Assembly: GCA_052246995.1 (NCBI GenBank)
Contig: JBQPWD010000001.1
Location: forward strand, 128,001 to 192,000
Length of the DNA stretch: 64,000 nt
Reading direction: 5' to 3'
Source of the DNA: Candidatus Bathyarchaeota archaeon
Lineage (GTDB): Archaea; Thermoproteota; Bathyarchaeia; Hecatellales; Hecatellaceae
Part shown: positions 52,284 to 61,856 of the stretch, one piece after another
Layout: each line of letters opens with the position of its first letter
Position numbering within the stretch: position 1 is the first letter of the stretch
Program-made: the position numbers and the translations under genes
The notes under the pieces: model-generated
Told to the model about the DNA's origin: nothing
The model's database searches: none
Seen by the model: the letters and a program-made list of their open reading frames with translations, nothing else

Positions 52284-53879
52284 TTGAGCGGAAAAGGAAG
52301 TGAAGATAGAGAAGTAAAAGAAAAGTTGTTAACCATGCTTAGTGAGAGAAAAAAGAAGATTGTAGAAATGGGTGGAAGTAAAGCTATTGAAAGACAGCAT
52401 AGTCTTGGTAAGCTTACTGCTAGAGAAAGAATTGAGCTTCTACTTGACAAGGGAAGTTTTGTTGAAATAGGCATGTTTGTCAAGCATAGAGGAAAAGAGT
52501 TTGGGTTAGATAAAAGAGAAATTCCATCAGATGGTGTTGTTACAGGGTTTGGTAAAATTAACGGTAGAAAGGTGTATATAGCGTCTCAGGATTTTACAAG
52601 CGTTGGTGGAACCCTTGGTGAGATGCATGCGAGAAAGATATGTGAAGTTTTAGATAGAGCGGCAAGGGAAGGTTGCCCAGTAATAATCATAAACGATTCT
52701 GGTGGTGCAAGAATTCAGGAAGGTGTTGATGCTTTATCAGGTTACGGTCAAATATTCTACAGAAATACAAGATATTCCGGAGTTATTCCGCAAATTTGTG
52801 CAATTATTGGTCCATGTGCAGGTGGAGCTGTATACTCTCCAGCATTAATGGACTTCATATTCATGGTTGAAGGTATAAGTTATGCCTTTATTACAGGTCC
52901 AAGAGTAATTAAAGAGGTTATAGGTGAGGAAGTAAGTGAAATGGAGCTTGGCGGCGCAACAGTACAACAACAGAAATCTGGTGTTTGCCATAGGGTTGAG
53001 AAAAGCGAAGAAGAATGTTTTAAGAACATTAGAAGACTTCTGAGCTATCTTCCATCAAACAACCTTGAAGATCCACCAAGAGTTGATACTGGAGACGACC
53101 CAAATAGAATTGATGAAGGGCTCTTTGATGTTGTTCCGGCAGACCCAGCGAGACCATACGATATGTATGAAATTATTAAAAGAGTTTTTGATGTACCATT
53201 AGAAGGTGAGGAGGAAAACTTTTTTGATATATTGCCAATGTTTGCTCCAAACATTATAACGTGCTTTGCACGTTTAAACGGCTACTCTGTAGGTATAATT
53301 GCCAACCAACCGAAGTTTAAAGCTGGCTGCTTAGATATAGATGCATCAGATAAAGCTTCAAGGTTTATACGTTTTTGCAATGCATTCAACATACCTCTAA
53401 TAAACCTGGTTGATGTTCCAGGATATCTACCGGGAACGGAGCAGGAATGGGGTGGAATTATCAGACATGGAGCAAAAATGCTTTATGCATACTCTGAGGC
53501 GACAGTACCTAAGATAACCCTCATTATTCGCAAAGCTTATGGTGGCTCATACTTGGCTATGTGTAGCAAAGACCTTGGAGCAGATACAGTTTTAGCTTGG
53601 CCTACAACTGAACTTGCAGTTATGGGTCCTGAGGGGGCTGCCCAAATAATATTCAGAGATGAAATTGAAAAAGCACCAGATCCCAAAAAAGCTTTGGTTG
53701 AAAAAATTAAGCTTTACCGTGAAACATTCGCAAACCCGTGGAGAGCAGCAGAAAATCTACATATTGATGATGTTATAGATCCAGCTGAAACCAGGCCGAG
53801 ACTTATTAAGGCGTTGGAGCAAGCTTTAACCAAGCGTGACCAGCTTCCTCCAAAAAAGCATGGAATTATGCCGGTGTAA
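52284..53879 (+). CDS. Acyl-CoA carboxyltransferase (MmdA/PccB/transcarboxylase 12S-like)
   Basis: Motifs GKLTARERI, DSGGARIQEG, GPCAGGAVYSPA, RKAYGGSY and KKHGIMP. Confidence 0.95.
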   Translation: MSGKGSEDREVKEKLLTMLSERKKKIVEMGGSKAIERQHSLGKLTARERIELLLDKGSFVEIGMFVKHRGKEFGLDKREIPSDGVVTGFGKINGRKVYIASQDFTSVGGTLGEMHARKICEVLDRAAREGCPVIIINDSGGARIQEGVDALSGYGQIFYRNTRYSGVIPQICAIIGPCAGGAVYSPALMDFIFMVEGISYAFITGPRVIKEVIGEEVSEMELGGATVQQQKSGVCHRVEKSEEECFKNIRRLLSYLPSNNLEDPPRVDTGDDPNRIDEGLFDVVPADPARPYDMYEIIKRVFDVPLEGEEENFFDILPMFAPNIITCFARLNGYSVGIIANQPKFKAGCLDIDASDKASRFIRFCNAFNIPLINLVDVPGYLPGTEQEWGGIIRHGAKMLYAYSEATVPKITLIIRKAYGGSYLAMCSKDLGADTVLAWPTTELAVMGPEGAAQIIFRDEIEKAPDPKKALVEKIKLYRETFANPWRAAENLHIDDVIDPAETRPRLIKALEQALTKRDQLPPKKHGIMPV

Positions 53880-53887
53880 GGTAAAAA

Positions 53888-54331
53888 TTGTCAACAGAAC
53901 TAGAAGTTTCAAAAGAAGAAGCAGCAGTTATCTCCGCAGCTTTACTTGCATACTTAGGTAAACCTCCAGCTATTATTACACCAGCATTTACAGGCACCTC
54001 AAAAGAGGATGTTGAAAAAATAATCAAAGATTTTTATGTAAGGTTTAAGAAAGAACTGCTTGAGGAGTTAGAAGGTAGATTTAAAAAAATTGAAGACAGG
54101 TTTAACAATGTTGAAAAAAAGGTTAGTGCTCTCAAAGCAAGACTTGAAAAAGCCGTTGAAGAAGCCAAAATTGTAAAAAAGGCGGAAGTTGCAACAGTTA
54201 AGTCTTCATGGAGTCTTCCTTCAAGATACATGGGGCTTGATAGAAATCTTCTAAGATACGTTTCAAAATCTTCTTCCTTCTGGAGTTTTGTCAGTAAAAT
54301 TGAAAAGCAGGTTTATCAAGCTAGAATATAA
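53888..54331 (+). CDS. Soluble delta/epsilon-like carboxylase adaptor with coiled coil
   Basis: EEAAVISAALLAY helix, a central heptad-rich segment, and SSWSLPSR and SFWSFVSK motifs. No TM segment. Confidence 0.6.
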   Translation: MSTELEVSKEEAAVISAALLAYLGKPPAIITPAFTGTSKEDVEKIIKDFYVRFKKELLEELEGRFKKIEDRFNNVEKKVSALKARLEKAVEEAKIVKKAEVATVKSSWSLPSRYMGLDRNLLRYVSKSSSFWSFVSKIEKQVYQARI

Positions 54332-54368
54332 GGTTTAAACTAGTAAATTTCATGGTGGAGAGTAGTAA

Positions 54369-55850
54369 TTGGTTCAGATTCATGAATTAATCTTTAGGGA
54401 TGCTCACCAATCACTACTTGCAACAAGGATGAGAACGGAAGACATGTTACCAATAGCACCACTAATAGACCAAGTTGGCTTCTTTTCTTTTGAAGTTTGG
54501 GGTGGCGCAACATTTGATTCATGCCTAAGATTTTTGGCTGAAGATCCTTGGGAGAGGCTTAGAAGATTAAAGGAAGCAATGCCTAACACTCCAATGCAGA
54601 TGCTTGAAAGAGCAATGAACATTGTAGCTTATAGCAATTTTCCGGATGATATTGTAATCAAGTTTATAGAACTAGCCTACAAAAATGGTTGCGATTACTT
54701 TAGAATATTTGATGCTGTAAACGACCTAAGGAATATGGAGACCCCAATAAAAACTGTTAAGAGAATAGGTGCTCATGCTCAAGGATGTTTATGCTACACT
54801 ATAAGCCCTATACATACTGTGGACTACTATGTTGAAAACTTTAAAAAACTTGAGAAGATGGGCTGCGACTCGTTATGTATTAAAGATATGGCTGGAATAA
54901 TTTCTCCCAAACGAGCATATGACATTATATGCCGATGTAAGGAGGAGGGAATAAAGGTACCAATAGATCTTCACTCACATACAAGTAGCGGTATGACTAT
55001 GATGAGTTATATGAGTGCATGCGATGCTGGGGTTGACATAATTGATTGTGCTATTTCAGCTATATCATGGGGAACAGGTCATCCTCCAACAGAATCCGTA
55101 GTTGCGGCATTACAGGGAACTCCCTATGATCCAGGGTACGACATGGAGCTTTTGATGGAGTGTAGAAAGTATTTTTTAAAGGTCTGGGAAAAGTATGCAC
55201 ATTTACATAGAGATGAAGCAAGAATAGCCGATCCCTCAGTTACAATGCACCAGATTCCTGGAGGTATGATGACTAACCTCATAGTTCAGCTTGAGCAACA
55301 AGGTGCAATAGATAGACTACCTGAAGTTTTAGTTGAAACTGCAAGAGTGCAAAGAGATTTTGGATGGCCTCCGCTGGTTACACCAACATCCCAGATTGTT
55401 GGAACTCAAGCTGTTTTAAATGTGCTTTTTGGCAGGTATAAAAGGGTTACAAAAGAAACCGTAGAATATGTTCGGGGAATGTACGGAAAACCTCCTGGAG
55501 AAATTTCTAAAGAAGTTTATGAGGCTATCCTAGGTAAGGATTGGCAGGATAAAATTATTACATGTAGACCTGCGGACCTGCTTAAACCAATGTATAAGAA
55601 GTGTAAGGAAGAGTTGGAGAGTAAAGGTTTTTCACCTAGAGAGGAAGACGTAATTTCCTACGCTATTTATCCACTACAGACCGAAAAGTTTCTGCGGGGT
55701 GAAGCTAAACCTGAGTTTACATCCGATGAGCTTCCACTAGTAACCGAGTTAAAAGGTAGAAGATACCTGATTAAGTATGCTGGTGAACAGTATGAAGTTG
55801 CAGTTAGGAAGCTGATAAGCCAAGAAAAGGAGAAGGCGAAGAAGGGGTGA
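54369..55850 (+). CDS. Pyruvate/oxaloacetate carboxyltransferase (OadA/PycB/transcarboxylase 5S-like) without a fused biotinyl domain
   Basis: Motifs FRDAHQSL, WGGATFD, IKDMAG, HSH, HQIPGGM and PLVTPTSQIVG. Confidence 0.94.
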   Translation: MVQIHELIFRDAHQSLLATRMRTEDMLPIAPLIDQVGFFSFEVWGGATFDSCLRFLAEDPWERLRRLKEAMPNTPMQMLERAMNIVAYSNFPDDIVIKFIELAYKNGCDYFRIFDAVNDLRNMETPIKTVKRIGAHAQGCLCYTISPIHTVDYYVENFKKLEKMGCDSLCIKDMAGIISPKRAYDIICRCKEEGIKVPIDLHSHTSSGMTMMSYMSACDAGVDIIDCAISAISWGTGHPPTESVVAALQGTPYDPGYDMELLMECRKYFLKVWEKYAHLHRDEARIADPSVTMHQIPGGMMTNLIVQLEQQGAIDRLPEVLVETARVQRDFGWPPLVTPTSQIVGTQAVLNVLFGRYKRVTKETVEYVRGMYGKPPGEISKEVYEAILGKDWQDKIITCRPADLLKPMYKKCKEELESKGFSPREEDVISYAIYPLQTEKFLRGEAKPEFTSDELPLVTELKGRRYLIKYAGEQYEVAVRKLISQEKEKAKKG

Positions 55851-55856
55851 CGGAAA

Positions 55857-56324
55857 ATAGGCTTAGGGAAGAGGAAGTTTAAGCTTCTCTCAGGCTTAAA
55901 GGAGTATACTGTTGAAGTTGAGGAGGCTGACAGTAAAGGTGAAGAGGTTAAGCTTCCTTCTCAAGTCGTTGACGAAATAAACCTTATCATAGGAAGGGAT
56001 AGTTATAGTTTTAAAGTGCAGGAGGTTTTAGAACACCTACCCGCTTCCACTACAACCTTAACAGTTGAGGCTGCTAAAATTAAACCCGAGGAAAAGGTTG
56101 AAGTTGTTGAGGGAACACCTGTTAAAGCTCCTATGCGTGGAACAATAGTAAAAATTCATGTTAAAGTTGGTGATAAGGTAAGTAAAGGTCAACCTGTCTT
56201 TGCATTGGAAGCTATGAAAATGGAAAACATAATAGAGGCCCCGGTTGATGGTATAGTTAAACAAATTTATGTTTCAATTGGAAAATCTGTTGCAACAGGT
56301 GAAGTTTTAGCTGTAATAGGATAA
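55857..56324 (+). CDS. Biotin carboxyl carrier protein 2 (probable ATA start)
   Basis: APMRGTIV and EAMKMEN motifs. The frame is open from 55851, reading GLGKRKFKLLSGLKEYTVEVEE upstream of the called GTG at 56016. Confidence 0.85.
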   Translation: MGLGKRKFKLLSGLKEYTVEVEEADSKGEEVKLPSQVVDEINLIIGRDSYSFKVQEVLEHLPASTTTLTVEAAKIKPEEKVEVVEGTPVKAPMRGTIVKIHVKVGDKVSKGQPVFALEAMKMENIIEAPVDGIVKQIYVSIGKSVATGEVLAVIG

Positions 56325-56352
56325 ATTAATTGACAATTTAAATAAGTAGGGG

Positions 56353-56562
56353 GTGTTAAGTTTAATGTTAAATTTAGAAAGTTTAAGGTTTTATTGCCGT
56401 AGGTGTAAAAAACTTGTACCTGTATATGAAGGGTATAGAGAGGAGAAAGTTTTCCCTGAATTAAAACCACAATTTAACATTGTAACATGGTGTTGTAAGG
56501 AATGTCACTCACCAATAATAGAGGTTTCAGAGTTTAGTAAGGAAAAAATCGGAGGAGCGTGA
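56353..56562 (+). CDS. Small zinc-finger protein
   Basis: CRRC...CKEC. Its stop overlaps the next start (GTGA). Confidence 0.7.
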   Translation: MLSLMLNLESLRFYCRRCKKLVPVYEGYREEKVFPELKPQFNIVTWCCKECHSPIIEVSEFSKEKIGGA

Positions 56563-56930
56563 GTTTCATGCCTGAAAGAATAATCCAAAGGTCAAGAGGT
56601 TTCGCACCTGACATCTACTTTATCCTAACCTTCGACACGAAAAAACAGTTCAACGTTAAAAAGGGATGTAAAGTTGAATGTACGCTTGTAAAAGCTTTAG
56701 ATTCTAGTGGAAATGTTGTTCAGGAGCTAAATCGTAAGGTTATCTGCGAAGTTAAGGTTAGGGATGGGTGGATTCATGTTCCTCCTAACATAATTCAGGA
56801 GTTAAATCTTCCTGGAAGAGAGTACTACGAAATAATCGTTGAAAAACTTGTCTCTCCCAGTGGAGTCGAAGTTGAAATTTACCCTGGCACCATGGTTGAG
56901 AAAGAAATAAAAATACCTATTAAAAAGTAG
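56559..56930 (+). CDS. Hypothetical beta-rich protein
   Basis: GGAGGAG SD and translational coupling to the upstream ORF. No family recognised. Confidence 0.72.
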   Translation: MSFMPERIIQRSRGFAPDIYFILTFDTKKQFNVKKGCKVECTLVKALDSSGNVVQELNRKVICEVKVRDGWIHVPPNIIQELNLPGREYYEIIVEKLVSPSGVEVEIYPGTMVEKEIKIPIKK

Positions 56931-56947
56931 TTTTACGAAAAATAGCA

Positions 56948-58333
56948 CTAGCTTAACCATCCTATAACTTTAACGTCCTCAACAACAATCCAAGGTGAAA
57001 CAAGAAAACCAATTTTTCTAACATCCTTTCCAACACACGTAGCTTTCCTTAAAACATCGTAAATGTTTCCTGAGATCATTACTCCCCTAACTGGATACCG
57101 GATTTCTCCATCCCTAATATACCATGCAGGTGTTGCTACGGTGGAAAACTCTCCACTCTCAGGGTTACTACTATGAGCTCCTTGAAGATTTTGAATAAGT
57201 AAGCCATTTTTTACCTCATTTAAAAGTTCGTCTTTAGAATATTTTCCAGGCTGAATTATAAGGTTTGTAGGTTCTATTTTTAATGTTGAAGCGTAGGATG
57301 GATAAGGAACTCGATAAGCGTTACCTGTACTTTCTTTTCCTTCCTTGTCTGCGTGATACTTGTCGTAAATAAACCCTCTTAAAACACCTTTTTCAATTAA
57401 AACAGTCTTCTGGCTTGGGGTTCCTTCATCATCAAAACTCCATGTTCTAAGACCATCCTCCAATAAACCATCATCAAAAAATGTTAGATTTTCTGATGCT
57501 ACTTGCTCTCCAACTCTACCTTTTAAAGCAGACCTACCTCTTTGAACATTATCAGCTTTTAAGGAGTTAACTAACGTATAAGTTAAAAGCTCAAGTAAGA
57601 CAGGTTGCATAAGCACAACACTATAGTTTCCAGTTTCGATTTTTCTTGAACCTAAAGCTGAAACAGCCATTTTAGCTGATTCTTTCCCAACTTTTTCAGG
57701 GTCTATGTTGTAACTTCTACTTCCATCAAACTCAAAACATATAGGTGTAGTCTCATTGTTCTTTGCAATTGTTGTTAAAGAACAGCTTATACCTGTTCCT
57801 TCCTCTAAAAAGGAGACCCCGTTAGAGTTTGCAATAGCTCTTACAATCTTTACTTTTCCAGTATATCCTTTAACAACCATAACTCTTTTATCTGTTTCCA
57901 ATGCCGCGTTAATCATTAGAAAAGCGTTCTTTACAATCTCTTCCGTTGAAGTTTCATCAACTTTTTTATCGTAAATACCTCTAACCTTTAAAAGTTGTTT
58001 AGGATGGGAAAAACCTGTCCAATCATCGGTAGGTTTAACGGTTTTTGCTACATGAAATGCTTTTTTAATAACTTCCCCAATTTTTTCCTTCTTTAAAACG
58101 TTTGTGTACGAAAACCCTAAACTTTTATTGTAGGAAACTCTTACACAAAAACCCTCGTCAACACTATTAACAGCTTTAACAATTTTTCCACGTTCAACCT
58201 CAACATAAACTGTAGACGTTTGACTTAAGTATACTTCAACATCTTTAACTCCAAGCTTTAAAGCTTCTTTAACAACTTTTTCTCCAAAATCTAAAAGCTT
58301 TAGATCATTTTCCACCAACTTGAATCTCACCAA
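56948..58333 (-). CDS. tldE: TldE/PmbA protein
   Basis: Motifs FDDEGTP, STGNAYR and SGEFS. It lacks HExxxH and is paired with tldD. Confidence 0.9.
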   Translation of the reverse strand: MVRFKLVENDLKLLDFGEKVVKEALKLGVKDVEVYLSQTSTVYVEVERGKIVKAVNSVDEGFCVRVSYNKSLGFSYTNVLKKEKIGEVIKKAFHVAKTVKPTDDWTGFSHPKQLLKVRGIYDKKVDETSTEEIVKNAFLMINAALETDKRVMVVKGYTGKVKIVRAIANSNGVSFLEEGTGISCSLTTIAKNNETTPICFEFDGSRSYNIDPEKVGKESAKMAVSALGSRKIETGNYSVVLMQPVLLELLTYTLVNSLKADNVQRGRSALKGRVGEQVASENLTFFDDGLLEDGLRTWSFDDEGTPSQKTVLIEKGVLRGFIYDKYHADKEGKESTGNAYRVPYPSYASTLKIEPTNLIIQPGKYSKDELLNEVKNGLLIQNLQGAHSSNPESGEFSTVATPAWYIRDGEIRYPVRGVMISGNIYDVLRKATCVGKDVRKIGFLVSPWIVVEDVKVIGWLS

Positions 58334-59684
58334 CTCTTAATGGAGGTCCACCGTCACAAACAAATGCTGTTTGGCCTTTACCGCATCTTCCAGGCCAAAG
58401 TTTAACCTCCTTACCTATTGCCTCAACCTTCATCAAAGTTTCCAGTGTGTTTCCACTTATTGAAAGATTTCTAACTGGTTTACCTATTTTTCCATTTACA
58501 ACCTCATAGGCTTCTTGAACACCAACTTGAAATGTACCATCAAGATTTGCTTCTCCTCCACGAAAAGCTTTAAGGTAGTATCCAAACTTTATAGTTTCAA
58601 AAAGTTCATCAAAATTATAGTTTCCAGCCTTAATGTACGTGTTTCTCATCCTAACTATTGGAGTGTAACGAAAGTTTTCAGCTCTAGCATTTCCAGTAGG
58701 CTTTGCATTAAACTTTTTTGCTGTTTCACGGTTGTGCATAAGATTGATGACAACTCCATCTTTAACCAGGACCGTTTTCTGGCTTGGAACACCTTCATCA
58801 TCATACCTAAATGAACCAAAAGCTCCTTCAACAGTGCCATCGTCAATTATTGTTACAAGTTTTGAAGCAACCTGCTTGCCAACCATGTTAAGTATAACTG
58901 AGCCTGCCAATGTTAAGTCAGCTTCAGCTAAATGTCCAAAAGCTTCATGAGCAAAAACTCCAACAACATTTGAATCTAAAACTACTGGAAATATGCCGCC
59001 TTTAGCAGTCTTAGCTTTAAACTGTTTTTTGATTCTTTCAGAAATTTCTTCTGCAACCTTTTCTGGCGGGTTTTTACTGAAAATCGTAAAACCGTCAGTT
59101 ACCCCATACTCATCACTTGCGGAAGCATAAACTCCGTTTTCAACTCCTGTTGCGTAAACTCTAAACCAAACATGCACATTTTCTTCGCAGATGCTGGATC
59201 CCTCACTGTTAACGTACAATTTTACCTTTTCCATGTCAATGTAGTCAATAGTGCAGCTTTTAAGATGTGGTGTCATCTTAAACAGGTTTTTATCAATATC
59301 TAGCAAGTTTTTAGCTTTATCTTCAAATGTAACATCCCTAAGATTTACTTTTTGATTGGACTTAACTTTATCTTTTACAGGTTTAACTTCAGCAAGCTCA
59401 ACTTTCTCGTTTACCTTCTCACTTAAAGCTGAAGCAAGCTTATAAGCCGACCTAACCTCATCAAAAATTGAGAATTTATCTGCTTTGCACGTTGACGCCA
59501 CTCCCCAAGCACCTTTAACAAGAACTCTAATATTTACCCCCGTCTCAGATCCTTCTTTAACGCTCTCAATTTTACCGTCTTTAACTATGATGGCGGTTTT
59601 AAGCATGTTTTCAAATCGTATGTCAATATAATCCGATCCAAGCTTATCTCCTAACAAAATAGCATTAGCTAAAACATCCTCCAT
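58305..59684 (-). CDS. tldD: TldD metalloprotease
   Basis: Motifs HEAFGHLAEAD, YDDEG, RMRNT and CGKGQ. Confidence 0.93.
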   Translation of the reverse strand: MEDVLANAILLGDKLGSDYIDIRFENMLKTAIIVKDGKIESVKEGSETGVNIRVLVKGAWGVASTCKADKFSIFDEVRSAYKLASALSEKVNEKVELAEVKPVKDKVKSNQKVNLRDVTFEDKAKNLLDIDKNLFKMTPHLKSCTIDYIDMEKVKLYVNSEGSSICEENVHVWFRVYATGVENGVYASASDEYGVTDGFTIFSKNPPEKVAEEISERIKKQFKAKTAKGGIFPVVLDSNVVGVFAHEAFGHLAEADLTLAGSVILNMVGKQVASKLVTIIDDGTVEGAFGSFRYDDEGVPSQKTVLVKDGVVINLMHNRETAKKFNAKPTGNARAENFRYTPIVRMRNTYIKAGNYNFDELFETIKFGYYLKAFRGGEANLDGTFQVGVQEAYEVVNGKIGKPVRNLSISGNTLETLMKVEAIGKEVKLWPGRCGKGQTAFVCDGGPPLRVGEIQVGGK

Positions 59685-59695
59685 TTTTCTCTCGC

Positions 59696-61072
59696 CTAAG
59701 AAAACTTTTTTATTGTTTCTTTAACTTCATCCATAATCTTTTGTTTAATATTGTTTAGCCTCTCCTTGTTTACTGCTTCAAAACGTAAAACAAGCGCTGG
59801 TTCTGTATTTGAAGCCCTAACAAGCCCCCATCCATCTTCAAATTCAACTCTAACTCCGTCAATTGTTATAATTCTTAATCCTTCTTTCTTAAACTTTGTT
59901 TTTAAAAAGTCTACAACCTTAAATTTCTTCTCATCAGCACAAGTAATTCTTATTTCTGGTGAGGTGTAATACCTTGGAAATCTCTCCAACAACTGAGAGA
60001 ATGTTTTACCTGACTTTGAAAGAATTTCTGCAAGCTTTAAAGCAGCAAAAACTCCATCATCAAATCCATAGTAATCTTTCCCAAAGTAGTAGTGTCCACT
60101 AACTTCTCCAGCCAACGAAGCGTTTTCTTTTATTAATGTTTCATGGATGTAGGAATGTCCAACTCTAGTCATTAATGGTTTTCCTTTAAACATTTCGATA
60201 ACTTCTAAAAGAGCTTTTGAGCCTAAAACATTAAAAACTATTTTAGAATTTGGGTAGCGTTTAAGGCTTTCCTCGACAAAAAGCATAAATGCTAAATCTC
60301 CTTCTACAACTTTACCAGTTTCATCAACAAAACCAACTCTGTCCCCATCTCCATCAAAAGCTATGCCCACGTCAGCTTTTTCCTTAACAACCTCTTCGCA
60401 TAAGACTTTAAGAGTTTCGCTTTTTAATGGATCAGGAATGTGGTTTGGAAATCTACCGTCAGGTTCTTCAAACAAAACTTTAGCTTCACAACCCATTTCC
60501 TCAAATATTTTTCCAACAAATCCACACGTCCCGTTTCCAGCATCAACAACAACTTTTAACTTTTTTTCAATCTTAATTATTTTTCTTACATATTCCAAAT
60601 AGTCTGGAATTATGTTTTGACCTCCTATACTTCCAACCCTATCCCAGCTGACAATCTTAAAGTTTTTAGAGTTAAATGTTTCTTCAACGTTTCCTATACC
60701 TGTCTCATAAGAGTATGCCACCCCTCCTTTACAAAGCTTAAAACCATTATACTCTGGAGGGTTGTGTGATGCTGTAACCATAACACCTGCTTTTACACCA
60801 TAGTGTATGGTTGAAAAGTATAGTAAAGGGGTTGGTACAAGCCCAACCTCTGTACACTTATGGCCTGTAGCTGCAACCCCCGCGCTAATACAGCTTTTTA
60901 GTGCCGGACTACTAAGCCGTGAATCCCATCCAACGGTAACTTCAATATTCTCTTCAATGATGCTTCCGAATGCTAAACCAATGTTTAGGGCAGTATCCAG
61001 CGTTAACTCTTTACCATAAACTCCCCGTATATCGTAGGCTCTGAAAATCCACGTCAACCTTAAAACCTCCAA
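59696..61072 (-). CDS. Phosphomannomutase/phosphoglucomutase
   Basis: Motifs FRAYDIRG, TASHNP, DGDGDR, GEVSGH and RASNTEP. Confidence 0.95.
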   Translation of the reverse strand: MEVLRLTWIFRAYDIRGVYGKELTLDTALNIGLAFGSIIEENIEVTVGWDSRLSSPALKSCISAGVAATGHKCTEVGLVPTPLLYFSTIHYGVKAGVMVTASHNPPEYNGFKLCKGGVAYSYETGIGNVEETFNSKNFKIVSWDRVGSIGGQNIIPDYLEYVRKIIKIEKKLKVVVDAGNGTCGFVGKIFEEMGCEAKVLFEEPDGRFPNHIPDPLKSETLKVLCEEVVKEKADVGIAFDGDGDRVGFVDETGKVVEGDLAFMLFVEESLKRYPNSKIVFNVLGSKALLEVIEMFKGKPLMTRVGHSYIHETLIKENASLAGEVSGHYYFGKDYYGFDDGVFAALKLAEILSKSGKTFSQLLERFPRYYTSPEIRITCADEKKFKVVDFLKTKFKKEGLRIITIDGVRVEFEDGWGLVRASNTEPALVLRFEAVNKERLNNIKQKIMDEVKETIKKFS

Positions 61073-61116
61073 CGTGTAGCCCTAAATCGTATGGTTGTAT
61101 GTTCGAATAAGATTTT

Positions 61117-61749
61117 TTATCCCTCCATTCTATAGTTTCCCGTAAACTTTAATTTTTCGTAGTCTTCGTTGTTAATCATGCCTTTTTTAACAAGAGCCTT
61201 AAAGATCTCACTTACACTTATAAAGCTAAAAAGCGTTATCCCTTTATGCCTCAATTTTTCCAATCCTCCTTCTTCCCTATCAACTAGGACTAATGCATAA
61301 TTTACCTTGCCACCTTCACCTTCAATGCTTTCAGCAGCCTCGGTAAGGCTTTTTCCTGTTGTTACAAGGTCATCAACTAAAAGAACGTTATCTCCTCTCT
61401 TTAGAATACCTTCAAGCTTTCTTTCTCTACCCCAGCTTTTTTCTTCTTTTCTAACATATATCAACGGTTTTCTCAGCTTATATGCCAATGTTGAAGCATA
61501 GACAAGTCCTGATGTTGGTATCCCAGCAACAACATCAAATTTTTCCAACCCTATTTCCCTAGCCTTTACTAGATATGCATTAATAAATCTACGGAAAACT
61601 CTTGGGTAGCTTGGTGCAACTCTAAGGTCTATGTAGTAGAAGCTTTCTTTTCCACTTGTAAGCTTAAATTTACCAAATTTTAATGCCTCTATTTTAAGAA
61701 GGTCTTCAATAAATTTATCCTTAATCTTATCAGAGGACATCCAACTCAA
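61117..61749 (-). CDS. pyrE: Orotate phosphoribosyltransferase
   Basis: Motifs FKLTSG, YYIDLR, RKEEK and LLVDDLVTTGKS. Confidence 0.95.
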   Translation of the reverse strand: MSWMSSDKIKDKFIEDLLKIEALKFGKFKLTSGKESFYYIDLRVAPSYPRVFRRFINAYLVKAREIGLEKFDVVAGIPTSGLVYASTLAYKLRKPLIYVRKEEKSWGRERKLEGILKRGDNVLLVDDLVTTGKSLTEAAESIEGEGGKVNYALVLVDREEGGLEKLRHKGITLFSFISVSEIFKALVKKGMINNEDYEKLKFTGNYRMEG

Positions 61750-61856
61750 CTCAAGCTTTAAACTTTTAAAATGGTTATTTTTACTTGTTTTAAAGTAAAG
61801 CTTTTTTGGCTTAAATATATAGTTTTTAAGGATTAACCTTCAAGGAGAAGAACTTT

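Noticed and set aside
55848-55850. Selenocysteine recoding of the in-frame TGA
   Set aside because: The position is a Lys-rich linker rather than a Cys-equivalent site. No SECIS-like hairpin was recognised, and the SD plus ATA explanation is simpler.
56948-59684. tldD/tldE as part of a RiPP cluster
   Set aside because: They lie in a run with PMM and pyrE, with no precursor or YcaO gene nearby. The pair is widespread in archaea.
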